Assembly (NCBI GenBank): GCA_050287085.1
Contig: JBNKBE010000002.1
Location: 320,001-384,000, forward strand
Length of the DNA stretch: 64,000 nucleotides
Reading direction: 5' to 3'
Source of the DNA: Polyangiaceae bacterium
GTDB taxonomy: Bacteria; Myxococcota_A; Polyangia; Polyangiales; Polyangiaceae
Of the stretch, positions 31,256 to 41,325 are shown piece after piece (position 1 is the stretch's first letter; every line of letters starts with the position of its first letter). The position numbers and the translations under genes were made by a program. The notes beneath the pieces were generated by a model. It was not told where the DNA came from. It ran no database searches and worked only from the letters and a program-made list of their open reading frames with translations.

Positions 31256-32758
31256 ATGAAAGTCCTTGAGGTTGGGCAGCAGTTTGCTGGGCGCTACCGT
31301 GTGCTTCGGGCGCTGGCCAGCGGCGGCATGGGCGCCGTCTACGTCGCCCTCCAGGAGGCGACCGAGCTGCAGGTCGCGCTCAAGGTGCTTTGGCCTCACG
31401 TGCTCGAAGCCAAGGACGCCGTCGAGCGCTTTCAACTGGAGGCCAGGGTCGCGGCGCGTATCCAAAGTGACAATATTGTTAGGGTGTTCGACGCTGGATA
31501 CGATCAAGCCAGTCACATGCCCTTCCTGGTCATGGAGCTGCTCCAGGGGCAGGATCTGGATGAACTGGTGCGGCAACGCGGGCCGCTTCCGCCTGAGCTA
31601 GCAGTGCCGTGGCTGCGGCAGGTGTCGTCTGCTTTGGATAAGGCTCACTCGTACCGCGACTCAAGCGGGGCGTTAGTTCCGATCGTGCATCGAGATTTGA
31701 AGCCGGAGAATTTGTTTCTCACCGTTCGGGACAACGGTGAGCACGTCATCAAAGTGCTTGATTTCGGCATCGCGAAGGTGCTCAGCCGATCTACGAGTGT
31801 GACCCGAGCCGCGCTAGGTACGCCTGTCTACATGGCTTACGAGCAGGCTGCTGGCGAAGCCATTTCTCCTCAAACGGACATCTGGGCGCTGGGACTGATC
31901 GCATACTTCCTACTGACGGGGGGCTCCTATTGGAGGGCCGCACAAGGGGAAGGTGATATTCGGGCGCTGTTCGCTGAGATTCTCAGTCTACCCATCACGC
32001 CTGCTAGCGAGCGTGCTGCTCAGTCGGGAGCGCGCTTGTCGCCGGCTTTTGATGCGTGGTTCAACCGGTGTGTCAATCGCGACCCGGGGCAGCGTTTCGA
32101 AAGTGCCGGTGCCGCGGTCGAGGCATTGTCTCACTGCTTGCTGGGAAAGGGTATGGACCGTCGAGCGGATGAGTCGAGCGCATCCGCAGCGACGGTGATT
32201 GCGGGGGTGGCGACGCCGTACGCGCGGGCCCTCGCGGACGACACCATGACGCCCAACAGTCACACCCATCACCCGGGGCGTAGTAAGCGCTGGCCGCTCG
32301 TCGTGGCGGCTGTTGGCGTTGCGGCCCTTGGGCTGGGGGTGGCAGTGGCTTGGCCGACGGAAGAATCGGCGAAGGAAGCGGGACCTCAAGGGGAAGCGTT
32401 GCTCGGTCGCTCCCAGGCCGCGAAGCAGGCCGCCAGTGAGTCAGCGTCAACCCCGAATGTTAAGCCAGGAGCGTTGTTGCCTGTGGCGCCTGTGGCGACA
32501 ACTGCGAAGCCACCGGCGGCAGCGACAGCAGCGCCTGTGGCGACGGTCGTACCCAGCTCAGAGCCCGAGTCGCGTCAGGTCACTGCCAAGATTCGCCGCC
32601 CCGCGCGGCCGACGAAGCCCAAGGTGAAGTCGCGGCCAGCGCGCGTCCCGCCGAATGCCGCGCCCAAAGCGACGGCCGCGCCAGAACCAAGAGCGGAGCC
32701 AATCGAAGCGACCCCGAAGGCCCCCGAACGCGATCCGCTCGCAGGTCCCAGGCGCTAG
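31256..32758 (+). CDS. Eukaryotic-type Ser/Thr protein kinase with one TM helix
   Basis: ASGGMGAVY, VALKVL, HRDLKPEN, DFG, GTPVYMAYEQ, TDIWALG; TM helix and Pro/Ala-rich tail. Confidence 0.95.
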   Translation: MKVLEVGQQFAGRYRVLRALASGGMGAVYVALQEATELQVALKVLWPHVLEAKDAVERFQLEARVAARIQSDNIVRVFDAGYDQASHMPFLVMELLQGQDLDELVRQRGPLPPELAVPWLRQVSSALDKAHSYRDSSGALVPIVHRDLKPENLFLTVRDNGEHVIKVLDFGIAKVLSRSTSVTRAALGTPVYMAYEQAAGEAISPQTDIWALGLIAYFLLTGGSYWRAAQGEGDIRALFAEILSLPITPASERAAQSGARLSPAFDAWFNRCVNRDPGQRFESAGAAVEALSHCLLGKGMDRRADESSASAATVIAGVATPYARALADDTMTPNSHTHHPGRSKRWPLVVAAVGVAALGLGVAVAWPTEESAKEAGPQGEALLGRSQAAKQAASESASTPNVKPGALLPVAPVATTAKPPAAATAAPVATVVPSSEPESRQVTAKIRRPARPTKPKVKSRPARVPPNAAPKATAAPEPRAEPIEATPKAPERDPLAGPRR

Positions 32759-32775
32759 TGGGCGCGGGGCTCGAC

Positions 32776-34194
32776 CTATGAGCCTTCGCTGGCTCTTGGT
32801 AGGGGTGGGGGAGGCACGGAGGCAAAGAGCTCGGCGAGCGCACGTCGATCGGGCTTCTGGTTGGGCAGAAGCGGTAGAGCTTCGAGCAGCCGGAGCTCCT
32901 TGGGGACTTTGAAAGGCGCTAGCTGCGCTTGGCACCAGGAGATAACGACCTCAAGCTGCACGCTGCCAGTGATTCCGGCACACACCCGCTCCCCCCAATC
33001 CGGATCGGGGATCCCGACGACGAGTGCGGCGTCGACGCCGGGGCATGCTAGGATGGCCGCTTCCACCTCCTCGGGCCGGACGTTTTCGCCGCCGGTGATG
33101 ATGACGGTGTCGGCTCGACCGAGGATGTGAATGCGTCCATCCGAGTCAATGCGCGCGAGATCCTGGGTTTGCCAGTCTTCTTGCGCGGCGAAGCCTTCGC
33201 CACTGTAGCCGGAGAACAAGGTTGGACCTTGTATGCGCAGGCGGCCGTCCGTCGCGACTGTCGCACGGACCCCGGGCAGGGTGATCCCCACGCCGGCACC
33301 CATCGAGAAGCGTTCGGCGTAGGGCTGAGTGACCACCTGGGATGCGGTTTCTGTGCTGCCATAGGTGGTCAACACCGGCCAGCGTGCCTCCTTGGCCCTT
33401 GCAACCAACGCAGCCGGAGCTCGTGCTCCACCCAGAAGCACGCCTCGCAAGTGCGGCGGAGGAAGGAGCGTGGAGTCCAAGCAACGTTGAAGTTGAGTTG
33501 GTACAAGTGAACACAACGTGGCCCTCGAACGCTCGAGAGTTTCAAGCAACACGCCGGCAGTGAGACTGCCCTGGAGGGGCAATACCACTGGGCGGCGTGC
33601 GACCAAGCACCGAGTCAGGATGGCAAGGCCACCTATGTGAGCTGGTGAGAGCGACAACAGCCAGCTGTCGTTTTCTTCTAGACCTAGATGTTGCCACGTC
33701 GACTCAGCGTTGCACAGCAAAGCGCGACGAGTGAGGCGCACGGCCTTTGGACGTCCCGCTGAGCCTGATGTGTGAAGCAGGACCAGCAACGCTTCTTCGG
33801 GAGGCGTGTCCGGCGGGGGAGCGAGCGGGGCCTCGCTTATCACCGCTTCTGGGAGGTCCAACCAGGTATGGGGTAGGTCAAGCGCTGCGAGCTGCTGGCG
33901 CCGTTCTGACTCGCTTAGCTTTGGGTGCAGGGGTACGACTGGGATCCCGTCTTCGAACAAAGCCAGAAGAATGAAGAGGGTGTTTGGAGTCGCTGCTGGA
34001 GCAAACGCTACGGCGCGACCCCCAGCCAATGCGCCCTGCCTGTGAAGCCAGCCCCGCGCCCGGCGAACGCGGAGAGCAACTTCTGTTGCCCCTAAAAAGA
34101 CCCCGTCGGTCCACAGCGCGGGAGCGTTCGGAGAGGCGTCCGCAAACGCCTCGATGCTGAACTTGCGTGCGAGCATGTGAAAGCGGAGCCCCAC
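32776..34194 (-). CDS. menE: O-succinylbenzoate-CoA ligase
   Basis: HTSGSAGRPK, SLVPTQL, TYGSTET, IITGGENVRPEEVE; men cluster context. Confidence 0.88.
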   Translation of the reverse strand: MGLRFHMLARKFSIEAFADASPNAPALWTDGVFLGATEVALRVRRARGWLHRQGALAGGRAVAFAPAATPNTLFILLALFEDGIPVVPLHPKLSESERRQQLAALDLPHTWLDLPEAVISEAPLAPPPDTPPEEALLVLLHTSGSAGRPKAVRLTRRALLCNAESTWQHLGLEENDSWLLSLSPAHIGGLAILTRCLVARRPVVLPLQGSLTAGVLLETLERSRATLCSLVPTQLQRCLDSTLLPPPHLRGVLLGGARAPAALVARAKEARWPVLTTYGSTETASQVVTQPYAERFSMGAGVGITLPGVRATVATDGRLRIQGPTLFSGYSGEGFAAQEDWQTQDLARIDSDGRIHILGRADTVIITGGENVRPEEVEAAILACPGVDAALVVGIPDPDWGERVCAGITGSVQLEVVISWCQAQLAPFKVPKELRLLEALPLLPNQKPDRRALAELFASVPPPPLPRASEGS

Positions 34195-35192
34195 TACGAC
34201 AAGTCAGCTGCGTTCAGCGCAGGAAAGGGTAGCTCCAGCGCCTCCCGGCTCCAGAGTTGCAGTCCGGCGTGCTGTCCCAGTCCCATAACTTGGGGGGAGT
34301 TGTGCGGGTCGGTAGTACATAGGTCGGTAGTGCATAGGGCGGGGCAGAGCGCTCGATACGCATTCATAGCTACTGAACCGTCCAATGCATGCGAGAGTAC
34401 GCACCGCGCGGCGCTGAGACGCGCGCGGCGTGCCCAATGTAGAGTTGCGCGGTAGCCAAGGACCATCGGCTTGAGCACCAGAGCTGTGACTTGCCCAGCG
34501 GAAAGCCATGCCTCGCTGAGCTCGGGTTCGAGCCATAGGCTCTCGTCGAGAGCCAGGGGGACGGGCAGTGCTCGGGGAGGGCCGAGCACGCTCAGTCGCG
34601 AGGGCTCTTCAACGAACTCGAGGGGCAAGCCCAGCGAGCCAAGTTCAAGCAATTGAACCGGGCTGAGAGAGCGATTGGCGTCGAGACGAAGCCGCATCGA
34701 GCGGCCGCGAAGAGCGGTGAGAAGTCCTCGCTCAGCAGGCCAGTCGATGCCGACTTTGAGTTTGAGAACGGGGGCGTCGGAGCGCAAGCAGCTGAGCTGC
34801 TCGGGGAGATCTTGCCAGTCGATCCATTCAGCGCTAGGCGGTGCGGGGGCAGCTGGGCCGACGTGTGCTGTTTGAAGCAGCGCGGACGCGAGCCCGAATT
34901 CGGCGCTTGGGGGCAGGCGGGAGGAATTGACGTAGTCCCACCATTGCTCGATGGAGCGCGCCGGGCCACTGGCAAGCGGGGTCAAGGCGTGCAGACTGTC
35001 GGCCAATGCTTCGCGGCTATACTTGGGCAAAGGTGTGCACTCACCACGGCCCACCACCGAGCTTGTTCGAGCAGTGCTCAGTTCGATGAGGAGTCCTTCT
35101 CGGTCACCCCATTCGGACTGCGAGTTTCGATAGCTACGGGCCAGTGAGACATGGCCGCGCGTCAACTTCAGAGAAAGCGGAGGTCCGGACAT
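34194..35192 (-). CDS. menC: O-succinylbenzoate synthase (enolase superfamily)
   Basis: GRGECTPLP, KLKVG, LRLDANR, VEEP, ALDES, VLKP. TAATG coupling to menA. Confidence 0.8.
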   Translation of the reverse strand: MSGPPLSLKLTRGHVSLARSYRNSQSEWGDREGLLIELSTARTSSVVGRGECTPLPKYSREALADSLHALTPLASGPARSIEQWWDYVNSSRLPPSAEFGLASALLQTAHVGPAAPAPPSAEWIDWQDLPEQLSCLRSDAPVLKLKVGIDWPAERGLLTALRGRSMRLRLDANRSLSPVQLLELGSLGLPLEFVEEPSRLSVLGPPRALPVPLALDESLWLEPELSEAWLSAGQVTALVLKPMVLGYRATLHWARRARLSAARCVLSHALDGSVAMNAYRALCPALCTTDLCTTDPHNSPQVMGLGQHAGLQLWSREALELPFPALNAADLS

Positions 35193-36103
35193 TACTCCAG
35201 GGCCGAATGAGACAATGAGAGTCCGAGTGCGAGCAAGCCACCGAACACCAGCAGCAGCTTTGCCGTTCCGGCGAGTGTGGCGTTGAGAACGGCGCCTCGT
35301 TCGTGCAGTACCGACCGTTGCAATCGCATGGCCAACGGAAGCGACAAGAGCGGAAGAGCAGCCCACGGAGAACGAAGCAGGATAGCAATCCACACCAACG
35401 ACAGATAAGCCACAGCGAGCATCAGTCGGTATTCCAACACTCCGGCATCCCGCCCAAAGCGAACCACCAGAGTACGCTTGCCTGCTCGAGCGTCAGTCTC
35501 AACGTCCCGCACGTTGTTGACCACCAGGATTGCTGTTGTCAGCGCACCGATGGCCAGAGCGCATGGAATTGAGAGCTGCGGGGTTTCGCCCAGGTTCAGA
35601 TAGAATGTGCCGGGTACCGCCACGAAACCGAAGAACAACATGACGAATACGTCGCCGAGGCCATGATATCCAAGCGGATACGGACCGCCAGTATATGCGA
35701 ATGCGGTCAGAATGCTCGCGAGCCCGATCACCAGCACGGGCCAACCTGTCAGCGTGTAGAGGTAGAGGCCGACGCCCAGCGCCAGCAAGAATACCAGAAC
35801 CATGGCGCGCTTCATCGCACCGGCACTGATGAGCCCGGAGGCAACGGTGCGCGTCGGACCTACGCGATCTGGGGTATCAGCGCCCTTCTCGTGGTCATAA
35901 ACGTCGTTGGCGAAGTTGGAGCCAATCTGTAGGAGAAGCGTGCCGACGAGAGCCGCGAAGGTGGCACCGGGACGCACCTGTCCAAAGGCATAGGCGCCTG
36001 CGACGCCCACCGTGACAGGGACTATCGCCGCGGGAAGGGTCTTGGGACGCAGGGCGAGAAACCAGGCATAGGCGGTGGACGTGTCCGTCATCATCGCATT
36101 CAT
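35192..36103 (-). CDS. menA: 1,4-dihydroxy-2-naphthoate polyprenyltransferase
   Basis: [52 protein letters not shown]. Start estimated. Confidence 0.95.
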   Translation of the reverse strand: MNAMMTDTSTAYAWFLALRPKTLPAAIVPVTVGVAGAYAFGQVRPGATFAALVGTLLLQIGSNFANDVYDHEKGADTPDRVGPTRTVASGLISAGAMKRAMVLVFLLALGVGLYLYTLTGWPVLVIGLASILTAFAYTGGPYPLGYHGLGDVFVMLFFGFVAVPGTFYLNLGETPQLSIPCALAIGALTTAILVVNNVRDVETDARAGKRTLVVRFGRDAGVLEYRLMLAVAYLSLVWIAILLRSPWAALPLLSLPLAMRLQRSVLHERGAVLNATLAGTAKLLLVFGGLLALGLSLSHSALE

Positions 36104-36132
36104 CGCAGGAAAGCAGTGGCCTCGCAACCTCC

Positions 36133-36870
36133 CTATGAGCCGAGGGCCGCCTGTAGCAGGTCGCTAACTTGTTCAGGGGTCTCGAGTATTGGATTGTGTC
36201 CCGCTCTGGGGACACGTGAGAAGCGCCCCCTCGCGAGACGCTTGGCGAACGGTTCGAGAAGAGTGCCGAATTTGTCGTCCAATTCGCCCGCCACCAGGTG
36301 GATAGGTAGCCGCAGCGAGCAGGCGCGTTCGGCCATTACCGGCATCCGTCCAAGAGATAACACGCGAAGCGCGTGCGCGAGCGCTCTCGGTTCGTGGGAC
36401 GTTCGTACTGCACGCTGCCGTGCGAGTACTTCCTGGGGCAGTCGCTGCTGGCTTGTGAACAGTGGCTGCCGTTCCCAATCTGCGAAGAATGCGCTGGCTC
36501 CGCGCTGCTCGAGGCGAGCGGCGAGCGCATCGTCCTGTTCTGCGCGCGCCCTTCTGGCGGCTGCGTCTTCCAGGCCAGGGTGTCCGCCGATGAGGGTGGC
36601 GCTCGTGAAACGCTCGGGAGCGGCCAATAGCAGACCGAGGCCCACGCGCGCGCCCAGAGAATAGCCGAGGAGATGAGCCTGCATCACGCCCCGCTGTCGC
36701 AGCCAAGCGAGGATACGCTCGACCTCAGCTTGGAAAGAAGTGGGCCGTTCGGCAGCGGCCCGCCCGTGCCCGTACAATACGGGGGCGATCAGCTCGCGTT
36801 TCCCTATTGCCAGCGCGTCGAACTGGGAAGCGTTGCCGCCAAAGCCGTGTAGCGCGACGAGGGGGAGCAT
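36133..36870 (-). CDS. menH: SHCHC synthase (alpha/beta hydrolase)
   Basis: LHGF, GYSLGAR, AGELDDKF, AGHN; men cluster context. Confidence 0.88.
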   Translation of the reverse strand: MLPLVALHGFGGNASQFDALAIGKRELIAPVLYGHGRAAAERPTSFQAEVERILAWLRQRGVMQAHLLGYSLGARVGLGLLLAAPERFTSATLIGGHPGLEDAAARRARAEQDDALAARLEQRGASAFFADWERQPLFTSQQRLPQEVLARQRAVRTSHEPRALAHALRVLSLGRMPVMAERACSLRLPIHLVAGELDDKFGTLLEPFAKRLARGRFSRVPRAGHNPILETPEQVSDLLQAALGS

Positions 36871-36877
36871 GTCCGAA

Positions 36878-38662
36878 CTACTCCCTGGTCAGCTCGTATT
36901 CTTGATGTAGGCGTGGCGGTGAGTACCCTTCGAGTGCCGTGAGCTGAGCACTGAGGGCGCGCACTAATGCCTCATACATGAGATAGGCGCCGTCGGGTGG
37001 CAGACATACTTCCAGCAGGGTGGGAGAGGGCTTCGCGTAGAACGCGCTCAGCGCTTGCTTGAGTTGGCCGTGATCGTCGCAGCGGGCGACTTTGAGCCCG
37101 AAGGCCGCGGCCACATCACGGGCGGCCGCCGAATGCGGCGTGCTCCAGCGTTCAAAGTGTACCGAGTCGCGCAGACTTCGCATTGGTAGGTGGGCAAAGA
37201 TTTGTCCTCCACCATTGTTGAGCACGACGATGCACAGCGGCAGGTCGGTGTTGGTCAGCAATTGCAGCGAGCCTGCGTCGTGCAGCAAGGACACATCCCC
37301 AAGCATCAGCACGCCCTGGCCCACGTGGTTCATCTGAGCTCCGATGCTGCCCGCGACCAAGCCGTCTATGCCGTTGAGCCCACGCTGGGAGCAACACGTG
37401 TAGACTTCATCGCGCGTTGCGGTATCGAGAATGCGGATGGATAGGCTGTTACCAATGGTCAGTGTCGTATCGTGCTGCACAGCGGATAGCACCGTCGCGA
37501 CTGCGCTCAGCTCGTCCCAAGGCCTGCCGCTGTCGAGGCGCGCGTCGATGAGCGAGCGCGCCAGGCGGTCGATCGTGGAGACGTGAGACGACCAGCCATC
37601 AGCGCGCTCTCCTGGTTCTGGCGCACCGAGCTGCCTCAACACCTGGGCGGCATCGGCTCGAACGAACCAGCGAGCGGAACTGTGCGGCGCGGGCCACGTG
37701 TTTTGGGCGACCACGGCGACCGGAACGTCAGCGGTGAGGCGAGCCCAGGCGCCGGAAGTGGGCGCTTCACCGAGTTGCAAGATGAAGTCCGGGGTGATGT
37801 CGGCGATCCCACAGCGAGCGACGAGATCGAACGTGCGGAAGCGCTCTGGGACGCCCATCGCGTTGCTGGCGGGTTCGGCCACTACGGGCAGGTGCCAGGC
37901 TGCGGCAAATTCGCTTACCGCTGTCGCGCTAACAGCGCAGTATGGAGCCGCCGGACCCACGACGAGAACCGGGCGCTGAGCGTTGATGAGAGCGGTCCGG
38001 AGTGGTGCCAGAGCGCTTGAAGAGACACTCGCAACACCGGTGATCACGCTCGGTGTCTCGGCGAAACTCGATTCTACTTCTTCCCGAGCGGACACCTCTA
38101 GAGGCTTTCGCGCTCGAAAGTTGAGATGCACCGGTCCCGGGTGGGGGCCGCGCGCGAGATGGAACGCTTGAGCGCACTTGCGCGAAAGTGCTCGCATCGC
38201 CGCCGGGGTCTGTTCCGCAGTACCCAATTCGAAGAACGCTCGTACGTGGTCGCCAAAGAGCTTGAGCTGATCGACCGTCTGCGGAGCCCGGCAAGCTTGT
38301 AGCTCCAGGGGGCGATCGGCGCTGATGATCAGCATCGGAATGCCCGCCTCAGAGGCTTCCAAAATTGCGGGGAAATAGTGGGCAGGTGCGCTGCCTGAGG
38401 TGCAAATTAGCACTGCCGGACGACCCGAGATGCGCGCACGACCGAGTGCGAAGAAAGCGGCGCTGCGTTCATCGATGACGGTGTAGATCTGCGCGCGGTC
38501 CCCCGCGGATTCGAGCGCGAGTACCAACGGCGTGGAGCGTGAACCCGGACTGATCACAAACTCGCACGCGCCGGAGGAGAGTAGGCTGTCGATCACTCGG
38601 CGCGCCCAATGGGCTTGAGCGCGTTCGTGGCGGCGATCGTTTGCGTCTGAGGGCGTCTTCAT
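36878..38662 (-). CDS. menD: SEPHCHC synthase (ThDP-dependent)
   Basis: SPGSRSTPL, DERSAAFFALG, CTSGSA, SADRP, GPVHLN, RGLNGIDG, GDVSLLHD, NNGGGQIF. Confidence 0.96.
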   Translation of the reverse strand: MKTPSDANDRRHERAQAHWARRVIDSLLSSGACEFVISPGSRSTPLVLALESAGDRAQIYTVIDERSAAFFALGRARISGRPAVLICTSGSAPAHYFPAILEASEAGIPMLIISADRPLELQACRAPQTVDQLKLFGDHVRAFFELGTAEQTPAAMRALSRKCAQAFHLARGPHPGPVHLNFRARKPLEVSAREEVESSFAETPSVITGVASVSSSALAPLRTALINAQRPVLVVGPAAPYCAVSATAVSEFAAAWHLPVVAEPASNAMGVPERFRTFDLVARCGIADITPDFILQLGEAPTSGAWARLTADVPVAVVAQNTWPAPHSSARWFVRADAAQVLRQLGAPEPGERADGWSSHVSTIDRLARSLIDARLDSGRPWDELSAVATVLSAVQHDTTLTIGNSLSIRILDTATRDEVYTCCSQRGLNGIDGLVAGSIGAQMNHVGQGVLMLGDVSLLHDAGSLQLLTNTDLPLCIVVLNNGGGQIFAHLPMRSLRDSVHFERWSTPHSAAARDVAAAFGLKVARCDDHGQLKQALSAFYAKPSPTLLEVCLPPDGAYLMYEALVRALSAQLTALEGYSPPRLHQEYELTRE

Positions 38663-40053
38663 TCTTGGACGCGGGTACGCAGCGAGCTGCGCATGCTTCG
38701 TAGTTTGAGCTCGGTTTCTTGGTACTCGGCTCCTGCGATGGAACCCCGCACGATTCCGGCTCCGGCAAATAGCGTCGCGGAGCAGTTCGCCACAAGACCT
38801 GAGCGAAGCGCAACCTTGAACTCTCCGTCACCGTCCGCGTCAAACCAGCCTACCGGGCCTGAGTACCAACCGCGATCCATGTTCTCGTGCTCGGCTATCC
38901 ACTTGACCGCTTCGCTTCTCGGCACGCCGCCGACCGCTGGGGTGGGGTGCAGGGCTTGCACCAAGTCTAGAACATGATGAGCTCCGCTCAAGGTACCGGT
39001 GACGGGCGTCAGCAAGTGGAGCAGATGTCGTAGTTCACGGACGACGGGTTGCTGGGGATAGTCCAAGGTTGCGCAATAGGGCTCAAGCCCGGAGATGATG
39101 GCTTCGCGAACCGGCGCGTGCTCTGCATGCTCTTTGGGACTACGTAGCTGTTCAGCGGCGTAGTCTTTGGCGTCGATACGAAATGTGCCGGCAAGCGCTT
39201 CGGACCTGACAGTGTGGCCTAGCTTCTGGATCAGTGTTTCCGGCGTGGCGCCAAGGAACGTGCTCTCGCCGCGCTTGAAGGCAAATGTGGTCGACTCAGA
39301 GTCCTGCGACCGAAGGGCGCCTAAGCTGAGAACCGGATCGACGCTGCGATCAAAGCGGATCCTGCTGGCCCGAGCCGCCACGACTTTGGTCACCTTGTTT
39401 GCGGCGATCGCGACCAGGATGTCGTTTACCTGGTCACAGTAGGTGCGACCGCCATCGCTACTGGGGGGCGCCGTGAGCATGAGCGAAGCGTCGTCAGGCA
39501 GTGGCGCGCCTTGAGGCCCGTCGAGTGTTTGGCTCTGCAGCAGCGTGCGGAAGTCCAGCGCCGCCGCAAGCTGCTTTCGGAACTCACCGTCCGCGGCCCG
39601 CGGATCGCCTTCGAGCAGTACGCCCAGACGCGCGGTGTTGCCCAGGCGATGATAGTGTAGCCGTGGCAGGACGAATGACGCAGCACCGAAGCGACTCCAC
39701 TCCTGCGCCCAGACGCGATCTTGAAACGCAAAGCCTCCGTAGGCTCTCGCGGGAAGCGGCACGGTGCCATCGGTGCTGACGACATTGCATTCGGCAAGCA
39801 CCGCCTGGAAGCCGTCACGGACTTGCTCGAAGCGCCCTTCGCCTTCGGCGTTGAAGGTGGCGGCCACGCCCGCCGCCAGGGATACCTCATCAGGACGGGG
39901 GCTGTAGAGCGCGCTGACCTCAAACTGAACCGACAGCGCCGCTAGCTGGTCAAATGAAAGACTGGGTGCTGCCATCGACAGGTGAAGTCGTGGCGCTGCA
40001 TGAGTCCGACACTGTGATAGGAGGTCGGCGATGTCATCTCGGGTCGCGTGCAT
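38659..40053 (-). CDS. menF: Isochorismate synthase
   Basis: KVVAAR, FLGATPE, EALAGT, LHPTPAVGG, RGWYSGPVGW, FAGAGIV, ETELK. Confidence 0.92.
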   Translation of the reverse strand: MHATRDDIADLLSQCRTHAAPRLHLSMAAPSLSFDQLAALSVQFEVSALYSPRPDEVSLAAGVAATFNAEGEGRFEQVRDGFQAVLAECNVVSTDGTVPLPARAYGGFAFQDRVWAQEWSRFGAASFVLPRLHYHRLGNTARLGVLLEGDPRAADGEFRKQLAAALDFRTLLQSQTLDGPQGAPLPDDASLMLTAPPSSDGGRTYCDQVNDILVAIAANKVTKVVAARASRIRFDRSVDPVLSLGALRSQDSESTTFAFKRGESTFLGATPETLIQKLGHTVRSEALAGTFRIDAKDYAAEQLRSPKEHAEHAPVREAIISGLEPYCATLDYPQQPVVRELRHLLHLLTPVTGTLSGAHHVLDLVQALHPTPAVGGVPRSEAVKWIAEHENMDRGWYSGPVGWFDADGDGEFKVALRSGLVANCSATLFAGAGIVRGSIAGAEYQETELKLRSMRSSLRTRVQE

Positions 40054-40074
40054 GACAACGAACGGGCATCAGCC

Positions 40075-40800
40075 CTAGGTGCCCTTGGTTGCAACGTAGA
40101 GGTGGCAGACGCCGAGCGCTAGTGTGTGACAGCCTTCGACACTGAGGCCAGCCTCTTGCATCATTTCACAAAACACCTCAGGTGCCGGGAACGCCGCAAT
40201 GGACTGCGGCAGATACTTGTACTCTCGCTCTCCCGATAGCCACGCGCCGAGCTGAGGGACTACACGGTGCATGTGAAAACGGGCCAGACCCTGGAACCAA
40301 CCGCTGCGGGGTTCTCCGAGTTCCAGGATACACGCCCGCGCGCCAGGACGCAGCACGCGTGCCATCTCTCGGAGAGCGAGCAGGCGATCGGGCACATTGC
40401 GGATGCCAAAGGCCATGGTGATACCGTCGAAGCTATCAGCTTCGAATTGAAGGGCCTGCGCGTCGCCCTCGACCAGTTCGATACGGGCCTCCAGCTTGGC
40501 CGCCGTGATCTTCCGCCGGCCAACGTCGAGCATGTTGCGAGAAGGATCAAGCCCGATCACATGCGAGTCAGGGAGCGTATTCGCCAATTGCAGGGCGAGA
40601 TCTGCTGTGCCCGTTGCTAGGTCCAGCAGACGTGCTGACGCGGGCGCCTGCAGGGCCGCTACGGTTCGCCGACGCCAGCCCTGGTCCACACCCAGACTGA
40701 TGATACGATTGAGAAGATCGTAGCGTTCCGCAATGCGGTCGAACATTTCGCCAGAGCCGTCTTTGGGCGTGTCGGTCGTTCCGTCGTGCTGTTCAGTCAT
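40075..40800 (-). CDS. menG: Demethylmenaquinone methyltransferase (UbiE/MenG)
   Basis: MFDRIAERYDLLN, LDLATGTAD, FGIRNV, EMARVLRPG, YKYLPQSI. Confidence 0.93.
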   Translation of the reverse strand: MTEQHDGTTDTPKDGSGEMFDRIAERYDLLNRIISLGVDQGWRRRTVAALQAPASARLLDLATGTADLALQLANTLPDSHVIGLDPSRNMLDVGRRKITAAKLEARIELVEGDAQALQFEADSFDGITMAFGIRNVPDRLLALREMARVLRPGARACILELGEPRSGWFQGLARFHMHRVVPQLGAWLSGEREYKYLPQSIAAFPAPEVFCEMMQEAGLSVEGCHTLALGVCHLYVATKGT

Positions 40801-40813
40801 AGGGTCTCAATTG

Positions 40814-40842
40814 CGTGTATGCCTGGACAAATGGAGTGTCAA
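40814..40842 (-). promoter_or_regulatory. Putative sigma70 promoter of the men cluster
   Basis: Minus strand TTGACA-17 nt-TACACG just upstream of menG; the -10 is imperfect. Confidence 0.45.
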
Positions 40843-41325
40843 GGCTTTCGCAGTTGTGGCCAGGGTACGGCGCAGCTTCGGGACCTGCGCCGTAGGTGTT
40901 CCATCTAGTCCCGACGGGGCGGAAACGCGCCACGTGTTCGGCAGACGGCGCGGAAGACCGGGGCTCTGGTGGGATTACTTCCGAGGATTGTTGCCCGAGT
41001 AGTGGCGACGGACCATGGAAGGGGAGGGCGATAGCCCGTTCCGACTGGAGGGGTGCTTATTCTGCTAGCCACAGCGGAAAACCGACGTTCTTGTCTGACC
41101 GCAATTCGGAGCATCTGGTATTCTTGTAATGCGCGGCGACACCAGATGGAGCCAGGGCGCGAGCGCGGTCTGCCACACGCGTTGCTTCAGCCGCTGGCCT
41201 CCTAGAACCGATCCAGAGAACGCTGTGGTATCGCATCGACCCCCAAGGGCGAGCCCGCGTCCATGCTGCTGTTGGGGGTACTTCTACTCGGCTCTCGGTC
41301 CTTGGTTGCTGGTCTCCGAGCCTCT

